Shown: in pieces, positions 1 through 14,042 of the stretch
Layout of the letters: each line of letters starts with the position of its first letter
Position numbering within the stretch: the stretch's first letter is position 1
Assembly (NCBI GenBank): GCA_951406725.2
Contig: OX597817.1
Coordinates: 136,028,001 to 136,092,000, forward strand
Source of the DNA: Octopus vulgaris
Lineage: Eukaryota
Length of the DNA: 64,000 nucleotides
Reading direction: 5' to 3'
Notes under the pieces: model-generated
Databases searched by the model: none
Seen by the model: only the letters and a program-made list of their open reading frames with translations
Told to the model about the DNA's origin: nothing
Made by a program: the position numbers and the translations under genes

Positions 1-79
1 AATGGTTTATTAGCAATTAGAACCTAAATGCACTTCAGGTTCTAATTGCTAGTAAGCCATCTTTTTGAATGTGCTGTAT

Positions 80-142
<63 letters not shown>

Positions 143-156
143 TATATACACATATG

Positions 157-402
157 AATCCGATCGCTCTCAAAAATTAACTAAAAAAAAAGAACCCCAA
201 AATAATCCGGAAATCTTGTCCGGTACCGGATCGATCCCAAAATCTAATCAGTTCATGCCATTCAACGAGGCCAAACATCTCTGACAGTTTCATCCGAATC
301 CATCCAGTGGTTCTTGAGATTATCTTGTCCACGGACAAACAAACAAACAAACAAATACGACTGGAAACAATACTTCCGTCTTTGCTTAGGCGGAGGTAAT
401 AA
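157..402. mobile_element. Non-autonomous Helentron/HINE-like element end (fragment)
   Basis: (ACAA)n tract followed by AAAACAATA-like linker and terminal hairpin CTTCCGTC...GGCGGAGGTAATAA, resembling HINE/DINE-type termini; recognised by resemblance only. Confidence 0.4.
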
Positions 403-724
403 GCGAACAACAAGAGGATGTTCACAAGGACTGTATTAGCTTGACGCTTGGTGACAAGAGAGAACTGGGGCACACGGTCTTGCAAGGTCTGGTCGAAAGA
501 CAAATGGATCCCCCTGTACTTATTTTTAGGCCTGGGACTTGTTTTATCACTCTCTTTTGGTTACGATGTCATAAACAAACAGACACCGGTTGGAAAACGC
601 TGTAGTGAGACAAACATAGGCACAAAGGTATGCACATTTACAAACATATACACACACACACATATGTACAGCCATACATACACACACACACACATACACA
701 CACACACACACACACATTTTTTTA

Positions 725-1200
725 CCTCTTACACGTTTCAGTCATTAGACTGCGTCCAATTTTTAATCGAATGATTGACCTCAGTACTTATTATATCAGT
801 CTCTTTTGCCAAACCACTAAGTTACGGAAACCTGAACACACCAGCACCGGCTGCCAAGCGGTGGAGGTGGGGGTGGCATACACATATACATATACGTACA
901 ACGGGCTTCTTTCAGTTTCCGTCTACCAAATTCACTCACAAGGCTTTGATCGGCCCGAGGCTATAGTAGAAGACACTTGCCCAAGGTGCCACGCAGTGGG
1001 ATTGAACCCGGAATCAAGCTTCTTACCACACAGTCACGTATATATACATCTACGGAGGTTTCCGCATACTTTGCGTCTAGGGAATTAACTCATACAGCAT
1101 TGGTCGACCCAGGGATATGGTAGGAAACACTTGCCCAAGGTGCCGCGCAATGGGACGGAGCCAAGAACCACGTGACTTTACAGCGAACTTCATAACCACG
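725..1200 (-). mobile_element. tRNA-SINE family 1, degraded copies
   Basis: Reverse complement of the family-1 head/body (CTTCTTTCAGTTTCCGTCTACCAAA...ACACTTGCCCAAGGTGCC) seen full-length at 33986-34396. Confidence 0.8.
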
Positions 1201-1313
1201 CAAGATAGATAAGTAGACAGACAGACAAATAGAGAGAGAGAAAGAAAGTGGGGTATGTGTGCGTGTGTATACATACGTAGATAGAACGAGAGATATGTGT
1301 ATATCTATATCTA

Positions 1314-1396
<83 letters not shown>

Positions 1397-1415
1397 ATAT
1401 ATATATATATATATA

Positions 1416-1610
1416 GGGAGAGTTTACGAAAAAAATAAACAAAAGACGAAGACAGGTGGTGTATAAAACAAACAGATGTATTAGTATAACGCTCAGGAAT
1501 AGAAAAAGTCTTTTACGTTTCGAGCCTTCGCTCTTCTACAGAAAGGGACACAGAAAAAAACAAAGAGAGAAAAAAATGTATGTAGTGGCTAACGATCTAT
1601 CATATATCTA
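1416..1610 (-). mobile_element. Penelope-like pseudo-LTR relic with minimal hammerhead motif (1510-1545)
   Basis: Minus strand CTTT-CTGTAGA-A-GAGC GAAG GCTC-GAAA-CG-TA-AAAG; second copy at 48779-48950; inserted in (TA)n. Confidence 0.6.
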
Positions 1611-1619
1611 TATATATCG

Positions 1620-2000
1620 TCGTGGCACTCCGTTGGTTGCGACGAGGAGAGTTCCAGTTGATCCGAATCAACGGAACAGCCTGCTCGTGAAATTAACGTG
1701 CAAGTGGCTGAGCACTCCACAGACACGTGTACCCTTAACATAGTTCTCGGGGAGATTCAGCGTGACACAGAGTGTGACAAGGCTGGCCTCTTTGAAAAAC
1801 AGGTACAAGGGAAACAGGAAGAAAGAGTGAGAGAAAGTTATGGTGAAAGAGTATAGCAAGGTTCATCACAACCCACTGCTGGAGCCTCGCGGAGCTTTGG
1901 GTGTTTTCGCTCAATAAACACTCACAGTGCCTGGTGTGGGAATCGAAACCGCGATCCTATGACCGCGAGTCTGCTGCCATAACCACTGGGCCATTGCGCC
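1620..2000 (-). mobile_element. tRNA-SINE family 2
   Basis: Minus strand A box TGGCCCAGTGG and B box GGTTTCGATTCC; body matches 27437-27756 and 57977-58332. Confidence 0.85.
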
Positions 2001-2164
2001 ACCACACACACACACACACACAGACCTATACACACACACAGACCTATACACACACACACACACACACACAGACACACACACATATATATATATATACATA
2101 TTCACACATGCTTATAGATAGACAGGCAGACAGACAATCCGGCAGATAGACAGACAGCCAGATT

Positions 2165-2239
<75 letters not shown>

Positions 2240-2545
2240 CGTTACAGTAGACAGACAAAATTGGTTAAGATTGGTGCGAAAATGAACTGACTTGAGACAG
2301 TAGCCGAAATCTCACCAGCATCCCCAACACCACCACCACCACCACCACCACCACCACCACCATCACCGCCGACCATGATCATGATCATAATCATCATCAT
2401 CACTATCATCATCATCATCACCATTATCATCATTAAATTCAGGAGCCGTAGTAATGGCGGGGAATGGTGATGTAACGGTGATAATGATGGTAGTGTTGTT
2501 GGTGGTGGTGTTGTTAATGGAGGTGGTGATGGTGGTGATGATGGT

Positions 2546-2577
<32 letters not shown>

Positions 2578-2995
2578 TGGTGGTTCTATATTCGGTGGCG
2601 GCGGCAGTGGCGGTGTACACAAGCAATAGTATATAAAAGGAAATTGATAAAGAAGACTATTTTTATCAGAGAAACACGAGAAAGACGCAGAAATAGACGA
2701 GAAAACTGTATGGCCAGGCCGGCCTTCGCCGACATCACCACTGTCCTTGTAGCAGTGACCAAACCGTATGGACTGGCCTCACCACCACCGCCGCCGCCGC
2801 CGCCGATGACCACACTATTTCATATATCGATCCAGTTTCTAAATCTGACCCTAGCCATATTGCAGGTCACTTAACAATACTTTGAGTTGCTGCTGTCTAA
2901 CTCTCCGCTGACAACCCAACTATGTATGTGGCTGCCTGCTCTTCAAACGGTGCACATAACAGACGGCTACGTGTGTGTGTGTGTATGTGTGTGCC

Positions 2996-3030
<35 letters not shown>

Positions 3031-3128
3031 CGGTGTGTGTGTGTGCACGCGCCTGTGCATGTCTAGCTTCAGTTTGTGCGTGTTCACATATTCAATGCGC
3101 ATATGTATACATGCATACATAGTTATAC

Positions 3129-3211
<83 letters not shown>

Positions 3212-3480
3212 TATGACTACGTGTGTTTGCGTGTCAGTATGTGTGTATTTGTAAGTACACACATACGCATACGTTTTATGCGTACACATTATTTATCACT
3301 TAACAAACCTAACATTTATCGAACACGATTCTGTGCATGCATGTGCACAAGTGTGTATGTGTGCGTGTATGGATACGAACACGCATACACATACATACAT
3401 AAAGCTGTACACACACATCCACTCACATTAATGTATATACATATATAATTGTGTGTATATATATATATATGTTTATACGC

Positions 3481-3527
<47 letters not shown>

Positions 3528-4566
3528 GTATGTATGCATGTATGTATATTATCCGGCACTTAAGCCTTCCAGTTACTGTCAAGCAATGTATGTGTGTGAG
3601 GAGCATGTGTAAGCTTGTATATGTTTTCTGTACATTATGTCTGCAAATTTACGTATACATATATATATGCATAACATTATTGTTTATATATATATATATA
3701 CACTCACATGCACACACACACATGGTTATAACTATGTGTGTATATTTATACACATGGAGATATATTAACATATACCCACACTGATATTTATACCTGCATA
3801 CAGTTGTACATACTTACACTCATATATGTATACACAGACACACACACACACATTCACTCACACACATACACTCACACACATACACTCACATGCACTCACA
3901 CTCACACACATGCATGCATAATTGAATGCAATTTTGTAAGAAAACGTTTGAAGCTCTTCCAAATATGGAAGACTAAACAAAGCGACCATATTGTCTTCGA
4001 TCAGACGAATTCCTTGAGGAATTGGGCAGTCTTTGAGACTCGAGAGACATTGATAAAAACGTTGCTCATGATGCTCACTTCAACCTCGAATCTGATGTTA
4101 CGGTTGGGTCGGCAGCGATTTAAATGTTATCAACCTTTTTACTGTGATAGTAAGAAATGGTTACATGGTAGAAACGAAAGCCTTTCCAAGACTAAATATA
4201 CAGGAGCGAATGGCATGGTCGGAGTAAAGTTAGCATTTTCTTTTTATCTTTTATCTTTTACTTGTTTTAGTTGTTAGACTGCGGCCATGCTGGGGCATCA
4301 CTGCGAAGAATTTGAATCGAATGTATCGATAGCTGTACTTATTTTTTTAAAAGCCTGGGACTTATTCATCGTTCTCTTTTGGCGAACCGCTAAATCCCGG
4401 ACACATAAACATACCAAGACCGGTTGTCGAGTAGTGACAGAGTACAAACATACACGCGCGCGCGCGCACACACACACATACACATACACACATATACACA
4501 CATACACACGCACACAATATGTATATATATATATATACATAAATATATGTGTATATATATATATAC

Positions 4567-4597
<31 letters not shown>

Positions 4598-4598
4598 T

Positions 4599-5405
4599 AT
4601 CTTTAATGCCGCAGCCCCCTATTACAACGAGCCCCTGGCCCGCAGTGGCTTTAGAGATAAGATCACCTACATTAGCATAGCCCCACGCCCACCCAAGAAT
4701 AATAGGCGAAGACACATTAGCTGGTACAACCCCCCCTTCAACCGTGAAGTTTCAACACTTGTAGCTAAAATTTTCTTCACTCTCTTACAAAAACACTTCC
4801 CCACCCAACATATGTACTATACAATCCTTAATAAGAACACCATTAGACTCTCCTACTCCATCACACCCAATCTAGCTAGGAGCCTAGCCAACAATGACGT
4901 CAAAAAACTTAATAAATCTACTTTTTCCGAAGCCCATCCAGCATCCGACAGCAACTGCAATTGCAACTGCCCTGATAAGACTACTTGCCCCCTCAACAAC
5001 AACTGCCTACAGAAAGATCTCGTCTACATATGCGATGTACGATCAGGCCCCGATGATAAAAGAAAATCGTACATCGGAATGACCTCAAATAGTTTTAAGA
5101 CTCGCTGGTACGCCCACACACATTCGTTCCGGCGACCTGACAAATCTAACCAGACTACTCTCGCCGCCCATATCTGGCACCTTAAAAGGAACTCTATACC
5201 CTTCAAGATCAAGTGGAGACTACTCCAGAGAGTGCGTTCTTACACGGGAGGCCATACTTGCTGTGACCTTTGCATTTCTGGGAGCTTGGAGATCTTATTC
5301 GCCAAAGGCCCTCTCCTCAACAAGATCTCGGAACACTCCCCAAACTGTATGCACAAAATCTATGCAAACTACAAAAATTACAGCCCCACCCGGCCACCCG
5401 ATTGA
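4599..5405 (+). pseudogene. Penelope-like element (Naiad-like) C-terminal fragment: thumb/linker, Cys-rich region and GIY-YIG endonuclease
   Basis: ORF 4287-5405 after the microsatellite reads WYNPPF..KHFP..NKNTIRLSYS, CNC..CPLNNNC, LVY..YIGMT..FKTRW..H, CDLC, LLNK; the ORF N-terminus is SINE/microsatellite junk. Confidence 0.85.
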
Positions 5406-5708
5406 CGACACCCCCACACACACACACACACAAACCCCACCCCCACCCCACCCCCCACCACACCACCGTTCCTTCATCACCACCAATTACCTTCTCTCTT
5501 AAGACTATATACATACATATATATATATATACATATGTATATATACGCATATATGTATATATGTGCATATATGTGTGTGTGTGCGTATGTATATGTACAT
5601 ACGTATGTGTATGCGTGTATTTGTGTGTGTGTGTATATATGTGCATATGTATGTATACGCGTGTATATGTATATATATATATATGTATATATATGTATAT
5701 ATATATAT

Positions 5709-5709
<1 letters not shown>

Positions 5710-5754
<45 letters not shown>

Positions 5755-8298
5755 CTAGTTTCAGCTTATGAGCTGTGGCCATGCTGGGGCACCGCCATTT
5801 GGTGTTGCTACTTGGTTTCACTTCATGGAGGCTTTCTAGCAACTGCTATTTGGTGCATGAGAGAGTTCGATGCAGCTGCCCTCATCTGCCCCTCCTGCCG
5901 TGAAGTTGGTTCATCTGGGACACCTGACAGGAAGAGATCCAGCTTCATTTTAAAGACATCTGTATCCACCCCATGCAGGTCTCTCAGGTTCTTCGGGGGG
6001 ATATTGAAGAGCTGTGGGCCTCGGAAGCCCAGGCTATCACAGAATCTTGTCCTACATCTTGATGGCAGGTTTGGAGTCCTAGGCACCACGCAGTGGCACC
6101 CAGTTCTGGCATTTGCGTAACTCTCGATGCCAAAGTTCAGGACACTTCCCTCCAGGATCTTCCAGATGTATATTATGGCATATCTTTCCCGCCTACGCTC
6201 CAGGGAATATAATTTTAATCTCTTGAGTCTTTCCCAGTAGCTTACATTCTGCATAGAGGCTATCTTCTTTGTGTAGCTTCGTTGGATCGCCTCAAGTTCT
6301 GTGATCAACTTGACACTGGATGGTGACCATAGCTGAGAGCAATAGTCAAAGTGGCTTAGGACAAGTGTCTTCCAGAGGACCATCATGGTTTCTTGTTCTC
6401 TTGTTCTAAAGGTTCTAAGAATCCATCCAGCCAGCCGTCTACATTTCATTGTCAGTTTAGCAACATGTACATGAAAGGTCGCGTCATCACTCATGTGAAT
6501 ACCCAGGTCACGCACTGATTGTGCCTCTGGGATTGCAATCCCTCCGGGTCCAGTGTATTCATTGGGTATTGCATTCAGTTTTGCATGCTGATAGTATAAA
6601 GCTTGAAACTTTCCAGCATTGAACTGCATGCTATTCTTTTCAGCCCACTTGTATATTTCGTCCAGCTCACATTGCAGGTGTTTAGTGTCCTCAGGGTTCT
6701 GTATTGCCTGTGAAACTTTTGTATCATCTGCATAACTTGTGATCGTGGCTCTCTGCGTGGCTGAGGGCATGTCTGAGAGGGCCATTATGAACAGTAGTGG
6801 TCCCAGAACAGTGCCCTACGGAACACCGCTCACTATTTGTGTGTTAATGGAGGTGGCCCCATTGGCTACTACCACCTGACTTCTATCCTTCAGAAAGTCA
6901 TGAAGCCATTCTCCCAGTTTTCCAACTATGTTGAGATCACGCAGTTTGTGACATATCATTCCATGATCGACTTTATCAAAGGCCTTTGCAAAATCGAGAT
7001 ATATCACTTCCACATTTGAGTGGTTGAGCAGCCGTTTCAGCACCCAGTCATAGTGTTGTAGGAGCTGAGTTAAACAGCTTCTCCCTGGTCGGAAACCATG
7101 TTGGGTGTCGGGCAGCAAGTCATTCTCTTCAAGGAAGGTGATCAGCTTCCTTCTGACTATTCGTTCCATGACCTTGCTGATGTGTGAGGTCAGAGAGATA
7201 GGTCTATAGTTCTTGGCTTCCGCTCTGCTACCTCCTTTATGAATGGGGCATATTTTACCTTCCTTCAGTTTTCCTGGAAGTTTGCCAGCTGCAAGGAAGC
7301 TCTGAAAGAGGAACTGCAGTGGTCTTGCTAGGACTCTCTTACATGCTTTTAGGAGGATTGCCGGGAATCCATCGGGGCCAGTAGCTGAGTCTGTTTTCAT
7401 TTCATCTATAGCCTTGGTTACATCGTCTTCCTTTATATCGATGTAATCTATCGTCGCCGCCTCTGATTTTATATCTGCAGTGGTAAAAAAGTCAGTTGGA
7501 TTGGTGATTTGGAGATGCCCAAGGGGTGGAGTGAAAACACTCTTGAATTGCTCATTCAGTATTTCACTTACCCTCATTGGTTTTCCTGTAAGTGTGCCAT
7601 CCTTTTCGAGGAGTGGCCCTATTCTACAGTGCACTGTAGCTGTTTCTTTGGCATACCTGTAGAAAGCTCTGGGGTTAGATTTTATGTTTTCTATAGCCCA
7701 GGCTTCTTTGTCTGCTCTTTCTTTTTCATGGGAGAGTTGCAGACATTTTTCGATTTCCAACAGTTTTATTTTTAGGCGGGACTTTTCACTGCTTTCAATC
7801 TGTTTGTTTAGGCGATTTGAAAATTTCGTACGCCGTCTCATTAAAATTTTCCTCTCTCTGGGGATTTTGTTCTTGTGTACAGTGGCCTTTCTCTCTGGGA
7901 CACATTTGTAGCATATGGCTTGCATTACAGACATGAATTGTTGAAGTTTCACGTCGATGTCTGGCGAGGAGAGACATTTAGGCCAGTTTTGTTTGATTAT
8001 CTCTTTCTCAATTTGTTTCCAGTTTGCCTTATGGTAGTTCAAGCTGGAAAGATTTTGAGGGTTTCTTGTAGGCTGCATGTCCGTGCTCTCTTTTGGCCCG
8101 TACATGGTCAGCTCTATCATGTTGTGATCCGAGAGTAGTGTCGGTGTCACTTTCACATTATGGATGAGATCCATGTCATTTGTGAAGCAGAGATCCAGTG
8201 TGTTACCTGCCCTGGTTGGTTGGAGTATTACCTGCTCCATGTACAGGGTGTTGATGAGGTTCAGGAGGGACCTCGCCTGTCCTCGTTCACATCTTGTC
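5710..8298 (-). mobile_element. CR1-clade LINE, 5'-truncated, with (AATC)n tail
   Basis: APE C-terminus (PTRAGNTLDLCFT, SDHNMI), RT motifs (NYRPISLTS, QHGFRPGRSC, YLDFAKAFDKV, GVP*GTVLGP, YADDTK), short 3'UTR stem-loop and tetranucleotide tail at 5710-5753. Confidence 0.93.
5823..8298 (-). pseudogene. LINE ORF2 (partial endonuclease plus reverse transcriptase) broken by a single in-frame TAG at 6816-6818
   Basis: ORFs 6816-8426 and 5823-6785 are in the same frame; conserved GVPQG reads GGT GTT CCG TAG GGC. Confidence 0.9.
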
Positions 8299-8864
8299 AT
8301 ATATACATATACATATGTTTGTATGTGTGTGTATGTATTTATGTATGTATGTGTGTACATGTGTATATATTTATATGTATGCATATGCATATGTATGTGT
8401 TTATGTATGTATATATATGTGTGCATATGTGTGTATATATATATGCATGTATGTATTTATGTATATTTATGGACATGTACATTTGTATGGGTATATATAT
8501 GTGTATATGTGGAGATATGTATATGTATGTACGTGTGTGTATGTGTATGTATGTGCATGTATGTATATATGTGTGTATGTATGTATATGCATGTGTGTAT
8601 TTATATATGCATATATGTATTTATATGCGTGTGTATGCTTATATGTGCGAATATATATTTATAAAAAAAAAAAATATTTATATACACATGTTTTTATATG
8701 TGCATGTGTGTTTATATATACGTGTATATATCTATGTTTGTGTTTGTGTGTACATATGTATATTTATGTATGTGTTTATATATGCATAATTATGTATATG
8801 TTTATATGTGCGTGTGGGTGTGTATGTAGGTGTATGTATGTATATGTATGTGTGTATATATATG

Positions 8865-8905
<41 letters not shown>

Positions 8906-9359
8906 ACGTATATGTGTGTATATATGTATGTATGTGTATGTATGTATATATATGTGCGTATGTATGTATACATATGTATATTCGCATGTGTATGTATGTG
9001 TGTTTGTATGTATATTTATTTATTTTATTTATTTTATATGTTTTTTCATGTATATTTATCTATTTATTCCCTCCACCCAACAATAACAAACTGCCTACCT
9101 CTCCTTGACCACCAAAAAGCAATTGTCTTCTAATTTACCTAAAATCCCATCCCATATATCTGTTTCTATTCATTTATTCTATTTATTCATTTATTTATCT
9201 TCTCACTGATTCTTCTCATTTCAAAAACACTCTGGCCTTTTGAACAATAGCTTGTGCCCTGTTTATCTCCTAAATACCAACCTACCTAAAAAACGTCCCC
9301 CACCACCACTCCACTAAATCTGCCTAAATGCATAAATACCCGAACTTATTTTGACAGCC

Positions 9360-9410
9360 AGCTTCCTGAAGATTTCATCTGAATGAAACAGTTCTAGTCC
9401 TGTAGAAGCT
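9360..9410 (+). ncRNA. Type I hammerhead ribozyme motif (Penelope pLTR-associated)
   Basis: AGCTTC-CTGAAGA-TTTCATCTGAAT-GAAA-CAG(TTCTAGTC)CTG-TA-GAAGCT: 6-bp stem I, intact core, stem III, GUA cleavage triplet; stem II weak. Confidence 0.72.
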
Positions 9411-9423
9411 CCTTCTATAAAAT

Positions 9424-9478
<55 letters not shown>

Positions 9479-9990
9479 CCTAACGAAACGATTGGTCAAA
9501 ACATTGATGACGTCACGCTACGCTAGATTGACCACCTAACAGGCATTATAAAACCAAGCATTTCACAAAAAATCACTAGAACCACCCAGCGAACTTCCAC
9601 CATGGGTCATCACAATTGCTTAAGGTAAAAATGAATTCCTCGCTCTTTCGGAAACATCAATCTTCTGTATTGACCGCTTTCCACCACTTTGATCTGTTTT
9701 TTGTATTGAATACGTATCGCCACCGTGGGCCACTGCATCGAACACTTTGAAATATACTTCAAACTATATATCAACTATACATGAACTATATATCAACTAT
9801 ACATGAACTCTAAGATGTCTGACTCCGTTGTGTATTATAAATGAATTTCTTGTGTTTGACGGCATGAGCTGTCTCTTTTTATATATAACTTTTTTTGATA
9901 AGGTTCATTTCAGGAACTGAAACATGTTATAATGTATATATAAAAATTAAAAATTGTATAATACAGCAGCATTTTCGAACTTCATTTTTT

Positions 9991-10023
<33 letters not shown>

Positions 10024-10229
10024 CGACGGGCTTCTTTCAATTTCTGTCCACCAAATCTACTCAGCAGGCATTGGTCGGTCCGAGGCTATAGTAGAAGACA
10101 CTTGCCCAAGGTTCCACACACTGGGACTGAATCCGGGACCATGTGGTTGGAAAGCAAGCTTCTTACCACACACCTAGTCCTGCGCCAGTTTAAATTTATT
10201 TCAAAGAAAGGGTCGGCATGACCCATTTA

Positions 10230-11260
10230 TTCTGGAAACAAACAACAGAAAGTAATCCCACGGCCGGTGATCCAGTTTCGAATACTACCGAGTCCCGCTG
10301 AGACCGTGTGCCCTTATGACATCCCTACCATAAACTCACACCCAAACTTACCTTTCCAAACCTGAAACAATCTGTAACAATTTTAAAGATTTTCTATTGT
10401 CTCATAACCTTGGATCGTTCTAGGAATTGTGTAGCCCCAGACTAGCCCTTGTCCAACACATCTATGGCAAAAGAAAGTCCAGTAGGTGTGTCAAGGACAA
10501 AAGCCGATGACGGTGGGTCGGGGGAGGGATAGCCTTCTGTCCAACGGTATTGAACACGGCATTGCGATATAAAAAAACCAGTTGTGTTGTGCACACAACG
10601 AAGAAACCACTTCGGAGTTGGTCTACCTGCTAGAAATAGCTTCACGGTTTACTCTAATTCTAACTTACTCTCGTTGAAGACAGACAGGAAGTTCATGTTC
10701 AGAACGCCTGTCATCAGAGATCAGTCAGAACTGATCCAGGGTTCAAAGAGTGGACTCCACCTTAATTTAGTTGTCATTCCTCTAGATTTTACAAACAACT
10801 TGCAAATGTCTTCTTGATAAAAAGCTGTACCCGGAAGCAGCCCACCCGTACCCGGTCGGTTATGTTGCTCCCGAATATAACTTCATGCTTCATTAGGTAA
10901 AAAATGTTCCCTTTTAAATCAATAAAAACCATTCAATAATACAGCTCTGTCGTGTATGTGTATGTGTGTATTTGTACGCATACATGTGTGCGCGTATGAG
11001 TGTATGTATGAGTGTGTGTAACTATGTGTGTGCGCGCGTGATGTGCGTCAGTGTGTGGGTTTGTGCGAGTGTGTTTCACGTGTCTGTCTGCGCGTGCTTG
11101 TGTGTTTCTTAGTTTCTCCTGCTGGAAGTGGAATAAGCTATCCTTGATGAGTCTTAGGACAAACGAAACTAGTCGAAAGATCCTTCTTTCTCTGAGCTAC
11201 CGAACTTCCTGTTATATTTCCTTGTATTCTGTCTACACATTCAAACTAAATATATATTTA
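10230..11260 (+). mobile_element. Highly degenerate Penelope-like relic (GIY-YIG trace plus decayed hammerhead at about 11140-11181)
   Basis: LVYLLE...QTGSSCSERL-like translation near 10615-10710; downstream TTGATGAG-TCTTAGGAC...GAAACTAGTC-GAAAGAT. Confidence 0.4.
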
Positions 11261-11739
11261 TAAAACATTCACGATACAATTTCCGCCAAGATATGCCAAG
11301 CCAGAGATTTGATAACAAGAGACCTCCTTCTGGTAGCAAGACAAGCCATTACAACTTGTGTTTAGTCGGGCTGTCGGCCACTAAGCCAGCAACCGTACAA
11401 AGCACGTCTGGTGAAGTGGGTGACCTTTTTTTGGCCCCGACGGAATAAAAAAACATAACCTATCAAAAGACAGATGACCTCAAGAGTGTCATTTGATTTT
11501 AATAGTGTTTAATAGTTTAATAGTGTGTGTGAGTATATATATATATATATATAAATACACATGAGAGAAGGACGCTTACACTTAAACCCTGGGATTTGGT
11601 GGCCGCTGACCATTTCTGACCTCTATTACAAGGTTAGAATCGAAACCAAATTCCATGTCTGCGCTCGCACGCGTATGTGTGTGCGCGCGCGTGCGTGCAT
11701 GTGTTTGTGTGTATCTTTTATCTTTTTTTTCTCTCTTTT

Positions 11740-12025
11740 AGTGGTTTCAGCCTGAGGCTGGGGCCATGATGGAGCACCGCCTTTCCGTCGTTTGGGTTTC
11801 TTTTCTGTACTATTTTTGGTAAAGAAGCTAATTGGACGGAGATGTTCTTCTTTGTGCCTCCTGCCGCGATGTGGGCTCATCTGGTATTGCAGATATAAAT
11901 TTGTCTAGACGCACTTTGAAGATCTCCACACCTACACCTCGCAAATCTCTGAGGTTGTTTGACAGATTGTTGAACAGCCGTGGACTCTTGAAGCCTAAGC
12001 TGTTACAGTGTTGAGTCCTCGTTCG

Positions 12026-12026
<1 letters not shown>
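11740..12026 (-). mobile_element. CR1-clade LINE 3' fragment related to 5710-8298
   Basis: Minus strand encodes NSLGFKSPRLFNNL..IPDEPTSRQE, then the same GGTGCTCCA.CATGGCC.CAG..CTGAAAC tail. Confidence 0.85.
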
Positions 12027-12061
<35 letters not shown>

Positions 12062-12241
12062 ACTAAACAGGACAGGTGAGACACGTGGGATGGAGAGTTG
12101 CTGAAGAGGTCACAGGATGTGTAATGAAATATTTCTAGACATAGGACATACAATATGAATAATAAAATAAATCTGAAGTAAAGAACGAATATATAGTGGC
12201 CATCCCAATATATATACATACCTACATGCATACATGCATAA

Positions 12242-13637
<1,396 letters not shown>

Positions 13638-13642
13638 GTATG

Positions 13643-13674
<32 letters not shown>

Positions 13675-13747
13675 TGTATGTATGTATGTATGTATGTATG
13701 TATGTATGTATATATATATATATACATATGCATATATACATACCTAC

Positions 13748-13962
13748 AGAAACGTTAACACGCCGGGCGACCTGCGTAGCCGTATTTCGTCTGTCGTTAC
13801 GTTCCGAGTTCAAATTCCGCCTAGGTCGGCTGTGCCTTTCATCCTTTCGGGGTCGATAAATTAAGTACCAGTTACGCACTGGGGTCGATGTAATCGACTT
13901 AATCCCTTTGTCTGTCCTTGTTTTTCCCCTCTGTGTTTAGCCCCTTGTGGGTAGTAAAGAAA
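13748..13962 (+). mobile_element. SINE family 3
   Basis: B box GAGTTCAAATTCC, central CCTTTCATCCTTTCGGGGTCGATAAA..AGTACCAG; matches 60723-60953. Confidence 0.85.
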
Positions 13963-14042
13963 TATATATATATATATATATATATACATACATACATATA
14001 CATATATACATATACATATATACATATACATATATATATATA

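Noticed and set aside
4287-4598. N-terminal part of the 372-aa ORF as a real start
   Set aside because: It is a reversed SINE fragment plus microsatellite fused by chance to the Penelope frame.
5403-5405. Terminal TGA of the Penelope ORF as selenocysteine
   Set aside because: It lies after the conserved domain end, not at a Cys motif position, and no SECIS was identified.
8299-8426. Apparent ATG start of the 536-aa RT ORF
   Set aside because: Lies in microsatellite; the LINE is 5'-truncated within the endonuclease.
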